Source: a virus
Taxonomy: Duplodnaviria > Caudoviricetes
DNA: 64,000 nucleotides
Virus record (IMG/VR): IMGVR_UViG_3300028888_000049
Direction: 5' to 3' (one strand)
Position numbers and translations under genes: made by a program. Shown here piece after piece: positions 58,348-64,000 of this stretch. Within the stretch, counting starts at the first letter, position 1. Each line of letters opens with the position of its first letter. A model generated the notes under the pieces. The model saw nothing but the letters and a program-made list of their open reading frames with translations, was not told where the DNA came from and did no database searches.

Positions 58348-59250
58348 TTATTTAGAACTCTTTCGTTTCTGTAATTTACTGTTCCACCATCCTTCACCTG
58401 GACAATCTTTTTGAAATTTCTGCTCTACTCCATTTGTCCACCATTTTCTTCCATATGCTGGATTACCAGAACCAGAATGTTTTTCTTTCATTACTTGCTT
58501 TTGATGCTCTGTTTGAGGTTTATGTTTAACTTTCTTTTGTGCTTCAGACATATGTTTTTTCATATCATCTGTGATTACTTTCTTTTTAAAAACTTTATAA
58601 CCAGGTTCAAATCCTTCAGGCTGTTCAAATCTAAAGACATTTTTCACATCATTATGATACCATTTTCTGCCTTTTTGACATCTTCCTTTCTTTTTATTAA
58701 CTTCTTTAGACCATTTCTTTCCAGTGTTTATTTTCCTTAAAAGTTCTTTAGTTTCATTTGATCGTTTAGTTCCTTTAGCATATTGATTACCTTTTTGAGC
58801 TTCTGATATATGCTTGCAATGTTCTTTTGTCTTTTTATATTTTTTAAGAGCATCACTAATAGCTTTTTTATGTTCTTTAGTCTTTTTCAAATTTTTAAGA
58901 TTATTACCGTTAATATATGAGATATTACCACCTTCTGTAATATTCCAGCAATAGTCTTTTCCAAGATGTTCATGGATTATTTCATATTCTTTAATATTTA
59001 ATTCTTCATGAGTTTCACACCAAGCTAATATTTCACATTTTATTAGATCTTTAACTTTATCCTTAATTCTTCTATAAGACTTTGATCCAGTATACTTAAA
59101 CAACCAAGCTTTTATTTTAGAGCTACTACCTATATAGTTTGGATCAATGTTCGGATAATTATTATAGATATGCTGTCCCCAATAATATCTTTCACCTTTA
59201 GAGGTAATTATTGTGGTTTTGTAGATATAACCTATGTATTGTTTATTCAT
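58348..59250 (-). CDS. Seg-like GIY-YIG homing endonuclease
   Basis: GYIYKT...YWGQH...YIGSS...E...WNITEGG; NUMOD3 and WWTNG repeats. Confidence 0.85.
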   Translation of the reverse strand: MNKQYIGYIYKTTIITSKGERYYWGQHIYNNYPNIDPNYIGSSSKIKAWLFKYTGSKSYRRIKDKVKDLIKCEILAWCETHEELNIKEYEIIHEHLGKDYCWNITEGGNISYINGNNLKNLKKTKEHKKAISDALKKYKKTKEHCKHISEAQKGNQYAKGTKRSNETKELLRKINTGKKWSKEVNKKKGRCQKGRKWYHNDVKNVFRFEQPEGFEPGYKVFKKKVITDDMKKHMSEAQKKVKHKPQTEHQKQVMKEKHSGSGNPAYGRKWWTNGVEQKFQKDCPGEGWWNSKLQKRKSSK

Positions 59251-59613
59251 TTAGTCTTTATTACTCAGGTCTTGTAATTTATCGTAAGGAATATGTAAGA
59301 GTGTAATAATAAATGCTTTTACATCGGTAGTTAAACGTTTATTAAATAAATCTTTAATTTTAGATATATATTCTAAGTCTTCTTCAGTTAAATATTGTTT
59401 AATGGAAGCTAAAGTAATTTTTGACATATTTAATTTACGAATAGCATTTACTGAAATAAAATCCAATTTAGTTCTAGGTTTTTTCATTAAATATCCAAAG
59501 AATTTATTCCAGTTAATATTTTCTTTAGCAGATTTTGTATTAACTCTTACTTTTACATTTACTGAAATTCTAGGGGTTTTTCTACCATCACCAAAAATAT
59601 CAATTTTAGACAT
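59251..59613 (-). CDS. hypothetical basic protein
   Basis: 120 aa, AAGGAG RBS. Confidence 0.7.
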   Translation of the reverse strand: MSKIDIFGDGRKTPRISVNVKVRVNTKSAKENINWNKFFGYLMKKPRTKLDFISVNAIRKLNMSKITLASIKQYLTEEDLEYISKIKDLFNKRLTTDVKAFIITLLHIPYDKLQDLSNKD

Positions 59614-59638
59614 AACAAATAGTCTCCTTTTTAAATTA

Positions 59639-60001
59639 TTATAAAAACCAGTATGGATATGTACTTACAGAATCAGGCATTTCTTGATCATCTTTCCAGC
59701 TTTGAGCTGCTTGTGCCGTCATATAACTACTCATATACTCTTCAAAACTAGGTTCTTTCTTTTCAACTAACTTTACAGTATTTGTATCAAAGTCTATAAG
59801 TAATCTTTTTTCTGAGTTTAAGGCTTCTTCTATTTTATTTACAATATCAATATCAAAATTTTGTAATAAAAAGATATGTAACTTATCACCTTTTATAGAT
59901 TCTCGTACTTTATTTAATCTATTCTCTAAGGTATATCTATCATTTAATCTATAAACGATATATATACCAGTAATAAGTTTTTCACCTTGTGTATTAAGCA
60001 T
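59639..60001 (-). CDS. hypothetical protein
   Basis: 120 aa, overlaps the portal stop. Confidence 0.65.
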   Translation of the reverse strand: MLNTQGEKLITGIYIVYRLNDRYTLENRLNKVRESIKGDKLHIFLLQNFDIDIVNKIEEALNSEKRLLIDFDTNTVKLVEKKEPSFEEYMSSYMTAQAAQSWKDDQEMPDSVSTYPYWFL

Positions 60002-61790
60002 CTTCTGTTAATACCTTTCTTCCTCTTAAAAGTTGTGTTTTAGCATTTATATCTTCTTTTAAATATAAAGTATCACGTACACTCTTCAATTTTAACGCCA
60101 AATCACGATTCTCAGCTAAAAATTGTTTAGAAGTATATTTCATACTTTTACTTTCTCCAATAAGAGGTCCATTTTCATCATCTTGAGAAGCAGGTAAAGC
60201 TTGTTGATTAACAGTCTTTTGATTAATTAAGAATTTGCCTAATTCATCATTACTAATTGTACCAGTTAATGGAGCTTTAGAAACAGCTAATGCTGCAATA
60301 TCTGATGGCATACCCATCTTTACTAAGAATTGAAATTTATTGATAGTTGGCATTGCATTATTCATTTCTAAGAAACCGCCTAACAATTCAATAATATCAG
60401 CATACTTACTAATAATATCTGCAGGTACTTGAATAGGTTCATTAAGATTTACTTCTATCTCTAACTTATTAACGTCATATCCAGCATGTGTGAGAATATT
60501 TTCTACCAAATGCATAATACCAGTTAATAACCCTTGCTTTAATGGAAGTAAAGTTCTCTTTAACTTAAGATCTTGTGCTTCAAGAGTTTGAGCAGTTGTA
60601 ATTGTATCTTCACCAACTAAATATCCTTTAGGAAGTGCTGAATTTCTCAAAACTTTATCTAAGAAATAATCAACATCTTCTACAGAACTTAAATCAATAT
60701 TAGATTCAATATGATCAACTTCTACTTTTTTACCATCATGAGACATAGGTAATGTAAGAATTGACATAGCACCTGGAATTTTTCTAGCAGCTTTTGCATT
60801 TCCTGAATCTGTAAAGATAGAATTTAAATATCTTGCTCTAAAATCATTCATAAAATCATAAGAGTCTACTAAATTAATTCCATTTGGCATTGGTACATAA
60901 AAAACTAATCTTTGAATTTTAGATGCACGTGATAAAGCTAATAGAGCTTCTAAGTTTGTTAACTGATCAAAAGCAGAACGCATTGACCATAACATAGATT
61001 TACCATAAGGGTCGGTAGTCATGTCAGGTAACAAAAAATGTACAAATTGCCATGGCTGCCAGACTGTATATTGCTGTTTACTAGTAGCCACACTTCTTAA
61101 TGGATCATTTCTCATAATAACTTCATAGTTAACTGGACGATTATATTCATCAGCATTAACTTTAAAGTCTTCTGCTTTAACAAAAGAAATTACTAAATCT
61201 TCTAATATATCTAATCTTGGAAAGTCAACATGATCATCTTTCATCCATTCTTCTAAATAAGGATAAGATAACAACAATCCAAAATTACCATATTTTGCTA
61301 ATTCTCTTGTAATATTAGGAAGTCTTTGGTAAATTCTATTCTTATATAATACTTTTTGTACTAAAGTCTCTGCAGATTTACTTGAAATTTTAATACTTAA
61401 TGGATTATCTACAAAGCCTTGTGATAATACTTCAGCAACGTAAGTATCAAGCATTAATGAAATTTCACCTTGGTTTTCATCTAACAGTTTAAATGTTTGA
61501 TATGCTTTTAATAATGTATCATAGTTATTATTATAATAAGTATATGAAGCCATAAAATCATCATATAAAGAGATTTCATCTTCATATTTCATTCTTGTAG
61601 GAATACTTACATATTCATGATCTGCAAGAGTACCAATAGTGAAATTTCTCTTTTTACTTAATGATTTTAATACATCAAAGCTAATACCAGGATTTGATAA
61701 AAATAATGTTTCTGTATCATTATCATATAAAGCATTTTCTGAAATATACTTCGCTGCTTTTGTAAATTTACCACTAGTTTTTGCAACCAT
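59994..61790 (-). CDS. portal protein (T4 gp20-like)
   Basis: KYG, FVHF..PYGKSML...QL..LE.L...R...RLVFYV, VEDVDYF..K....LPK.YL. Confidence 0.85.
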   Translation of the reverse strand: MVAKTSGKFTKAAKYISENALYDNDTETLFLSNPGISFDVLKSLSKKRNFTIGTLADHEYVSIPTRMKYEDEISLYDDFMASYTYYNNNYDTLLKAYQTFKLLDENQGEISLMLDTYVAEVLSQGFVDNPLSIKISSKSAETLVQKVLYKNRIYQRLPNITRELAKYGNFGLLLSYPYLEEWMKDDHVDFPRLDILEDLVISFVKAEDFKVNADEYNRPVNYEVIMRNDPLRSVATSKQQYTVWQPWQFVHFLLPDMTTDPYGKSMLWSMRSAFDQLTNLEALLALSRASKIQRLVFYVPMPNGINLVDSYDFMNDFRARYLNSIFTDSGNAKAARKIPGAMSILTLPMSHDGKKVEVDHIESNIDLSSVEDVDYFLDKVLRNSALPKGYLVGEDTITTAQTLEAQDLKLKRTLLPLKQGLLTGIMHLVENILTHAGYDVNKLEIEVNLNEPIQVPADIISKYADIIELLGGFLEMNNAMPTINKFQFLVKMGMPSDIAALAVSKAPLTGTISNDELGKFLINQKTVNQQALPASQDDENGPLIGESKSMKYTSKQFLAENRDLALKLKSVRDTLYLKEDINAKTQLLRGRKVLTEDA

Positions 61791-61796
61791 AATTTA

Positions 61797-62264
61797 TTAT
61801 TCCCAACTTAAATTAATAAAGACTTCAAATTCATTTTTAGAGACTTTATCTTTACATAATATTTTACCAGATTGATATGTCAATACAATAAAACCTATAG
61901 AATAATTATCTGAAAGTACCTGTTCTATTGTTTTTAATACTACAATACCATCAGAACATTCATATTCAAAATCAGCCCATTTATTATATACTAGTCTACC
62001 ACTTATGAAATTAAGTACAGGATATTCTTCTTCCCATTCATCAACTAGAGTAGTATCAATAAAAATTCCATTTTGATTATCTTGTATAGATTTAATTTCA
62101 AGAACATCACCTCTAGAAAAAGGTTTATTACAAATAATTCTTGTTAATTTACCTCTACACCAGAATTCATAACTTTGTTTTCCATCTAAAGGTGACTTAT
62201 CACTAGCATAATAAGAAATGCACCTAAAAGGAAAAGTGATTTTACCATCAAGATTAGTAACCAT
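61797..62264 (-). CDS. hypothetical protein
   Basis: 155 aa ORF in operon. Confidence 0.7.
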   Translation of the reverse strand: MVTNLDGKITFPFRCISYYASDKSPLDGKQSYEFWCRGKLTRIICNKPFSRGDVLEIKSIQDNQNGIFIDTTLVDEWEEEYPVLNFISGRLVYNKWADFEYECSDGIVVLKTIEQVLSDNYSIGFIVLTYQSGKILCKDKVSKNEFEVFINLSWE

Positions 62265-62270
62265 GTCTTT

Positions 62271-62453
62271 TTATCCATTTAATGACTGCCGAATTTGTGT
62301 TTTACCAGATTCTGTTTTAGTAGCAACTACTTTAGAAGACTCTTGTACTTTTTTAAGTAATTCTTCTTCAGATAATTCTTCTACATCTTCTCCTAATTCA
62401 GTTTTTAAAACTTCCATAGTAGATTCAGAGATCAAAACTTTCGTATCTTCCAT
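62271..62453 (-). CDS. small acidic protein
   Basis: 60 aa, AAGGAG RBS. Confidence 0.7.
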   Translation of the reverse strand: MEDTKVLISESTMEVLKTELGEDVEELSEEELLKKVQESSKVVATKTESGKTQIRQSLNG

Positions 62454-62464
62454 ATGTTTCTCCT

Positions 62465-62914
62465 TTATCTATTAGATAATTTTACTTGAATAGAATATGG
62501 ATTCAATACAACTTTTTCACTAATATTTACTACTTCTTCAGGTACAAGTGGTAATACAACCATAAGTTGGTATTGTGGTTCTCCATTACTCTCTTCAGGT
62601 AGTTTATAATATAATCCTATATATCTAATAGGATCGGTTGTTGTAGACCAAGGTTGTTTAGCTTTTGGCCATTCTAAAGCTTCTATATTTCTAATATAAC
62701 CATAAGTAGGTGTTTCAAATGCAACTGGATTTGGAAGAATAGTAAAACCTTCTTTTACAGGTTCTTTAGTAAATGTAAAAGATTCTTCATCAAATTCAAT
62801 TCCTAAACCAACATAAATATCACTCGATAAATAATCTGTTGTAGGTATACCAAAATTATTATCTAAAATAGCATTTATAAGTTTTGGTGAAATGTAAATA
62901 CTGTTATTAGACAT
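62465..62914 (-). CDS. putative virion structural protein, paralog of 63114..63599
   Basis: IYVGLG...N...WP.A..PW...IGLY...V.PL. Confidence 0.6.
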   Translation of the reverse strand: MSNNSIYISPKLINAILDNNFGIPTTDYLSSDIYVGLGIEFDEESFTFTKEPVKEGFTILPNPVAFETPTYGYIRNIEALEWPKAKQPWSTTTDPIRYIGLYYKLPEESNGEPQYQLMVVLPLVPEEVVNISEKVVLNPYSIQVKLSNR

Positions 62915-62915
62915 A

Positions 62916-63104
62916 TTATTTTCCTATGATATATGTTTTTCCTGATGTCATTGAAATTCTATAATATTTTTTACCAGATTCTTCTTCTAAAAGTTCCTGT
63001 GTTTCTATATTGTTATCATTGATTTCAATTTCTTTAATTTCTACATATTTATTCTTATTATCAATGATTGAATATTTTAATTTATATATTTTGTAACTTG
63101 TCAT
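62916..63104 (-). CDS. hypothetical protein
   Basis: 62 aa ORF. Confidence 0.6.
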   Translation of the reverse strand: MTSYKIYKLKYSIIDNKNKYVEIKEIEINDNNIETQELLEEESGKKYYRISMTSGKTYIIGK

Positions 63105-63113
63105 AATGATTTC

Positions 63114-63599
63114 CTATAAATCTGTTAGGCTAAGTCTAATAGCCTCCGGCGCCAAAATTATTGTCTCACCTTTTAGAACTGTCTCTGTTCTAGGTAATTT
63201 TAAAACAATTAAAGGTTTTATTAATTTTTTTGTTTCTTCATCCTCATAGTCTACAGTATCAAATAATCCAAGCATTTCTATTTTACTTGAATTAGAAGTC
63301 CAATCTTCAGATGCTGTGTTAAACACTACTTCATTAACATTTGATATAACACAATCTTCAGCTTTACCAAAGATAACACGAGATCTTTTATAATTACCTA
63401 AAGGTCTACCTTCAAAAACTTCAGTAAAATCTTCAGTATTAGTGTGTGCACCTTGTTGTGTAACGCCTAAACCAATATAAATTTCTTTTGGAGTAATATT
63501 AGGTTGTGTTATTCCAAAATATTCAGATAAAAGTAAATTCATAAAATCTGTTTGTAATCCAAAAATAGCCATCAATAAACTCCTATAAAAATTAGCCAT
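63114..63599 (-). CDS. putative virion structural protein
   Basis: IYIGLG...YKR...F...SN..EV.F..A..DW...LGLFD beta-rich phage structural pattern. Confidence 0.6.
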   Translation of the reverse strand: MANFYRSLLMAIFGLQTDFMNLLLSEYFGITQPNITPKEIYIGLGVTQQGAHTNTEDFTEVFEGRPLGNYKRSRVIFGKAEDCVISNVNEVVFNTASEDWTSNSSKIEMLGLFDTVDYEDEETKKLIKPLIVLKLPRTETVLKGETIILAPEAIRLSLTDL

Positions 63600-64000
63600 T
63601 TAAAACTTTCATGAAACAATCATATACAATAAATGAAAAACTATTCTCTTTTAATTGAGAACTTATATAATTTAGTATATATTCTGTAATTTCATCTAAA
63701 ATATCATTTAACTCTTCTTTAGAAAAACTTCTTAAAAATGCAGAATAAGCATGATCATCTCTATTGACTATTTCTGCTATCATCTTATGAATATTCGTTA
63801 TTATACCATTTGTATCTAAAAATTTTTGTTGTTGGGCTTTTGTAAGTGACGAATATATATTTATTACTTGATTTGACAAATAAAATACTAATTCATTTAA
63901 ATATGCTAATTTTTCTTCCTTATTTTTATAAGGATTAGTTATATCTGTTATATCATTTATTTTGTTTAATCTTATATCTTTATTATAATCTTTTAAACTT
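63592..64000 (-). CDS. hypothetical protein, partial (starts beyond the window)
   Basis: frame of the 63592..63879 ORF stays open to the window edge (SLKDYNKDIRLNK...). Confidence 0.7.
   Translation of the reverse strand, partial: SLKDYNKDIRLNKINDITDITNPYKNKEEKLAYLNELVFYLSNQVINIYSSLTKAQQQKFLDTNGIITNIHKMIAEIVNRDDHAYSAFLRSFSKEELNDILDEITEYILNYISSQLKENSFSFIVYDCFMKVLNG

Noticed and set aside
7352-59250. Group I introns housing the endonuclease genes
   Set aside because: Flanking genes look complete and intergenic spaces are too short for intron cores; the genes are free-standing.
1-64000. CRISPR array, tRNA or rRNA genes
   Set aside because: No regularly spaced direct repeats and no cloverleaf with D and T loops seen by eye; tRNAscan not run.
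1-64000. Stop-codon reassignment
   Set aside because: Long genes are intact under code 11 and end in TAA, TAG and TGA; the two split genes need frame changes, not read-through.

Overview
64 kb, very AT-rich segment of a large contractile-tailed (T4-superfamily/jumbo-like) phage genome using the standard genetic code. It holds a dispersed virion module: intein-bearing large terminase, gp21-like prohead protease with a long acidic extension, scaffold, gp20-like portal, neck and tail-terminator candidates, three tail-tube-fold genes, a gp6/25/5/27/53/48/26-like baseplate cluster, a tape-measure-like protein and fibres. No major capsid or sheath gene is recognisable in the window. Also present: six free-standing homing-endonuclease-like genes (3 GIY-YIG, 3 VSR/DUF559-like), three peptidoglycan hydrolase domains, QueC-like, two GT2, double-AAA and GltD/PreT-like genes. 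Main novel observations: (i) a phage late-promoter motif GTTCTA-N6-(+1); (ii) two small structured RNAs beginning exactly at that +1 that are circular permutations of one three-way junction (C-GAAAA-G / C-CU-G / C-UA-G), each beside a nuclease domain, plus a third ~97-nt RNA; (iii) GC-rich, hairpin-containing cores inside conserved genes where local strand skew flips, each next to a homing element; (iv) probable protease-processed virion proteins carrying nucleotidyltransferase, ART-like and inactivated nuclease domains; (v) two candidate programmed frameshifts. All protein calls are motif recognition by eye; no database search or folding program was run.
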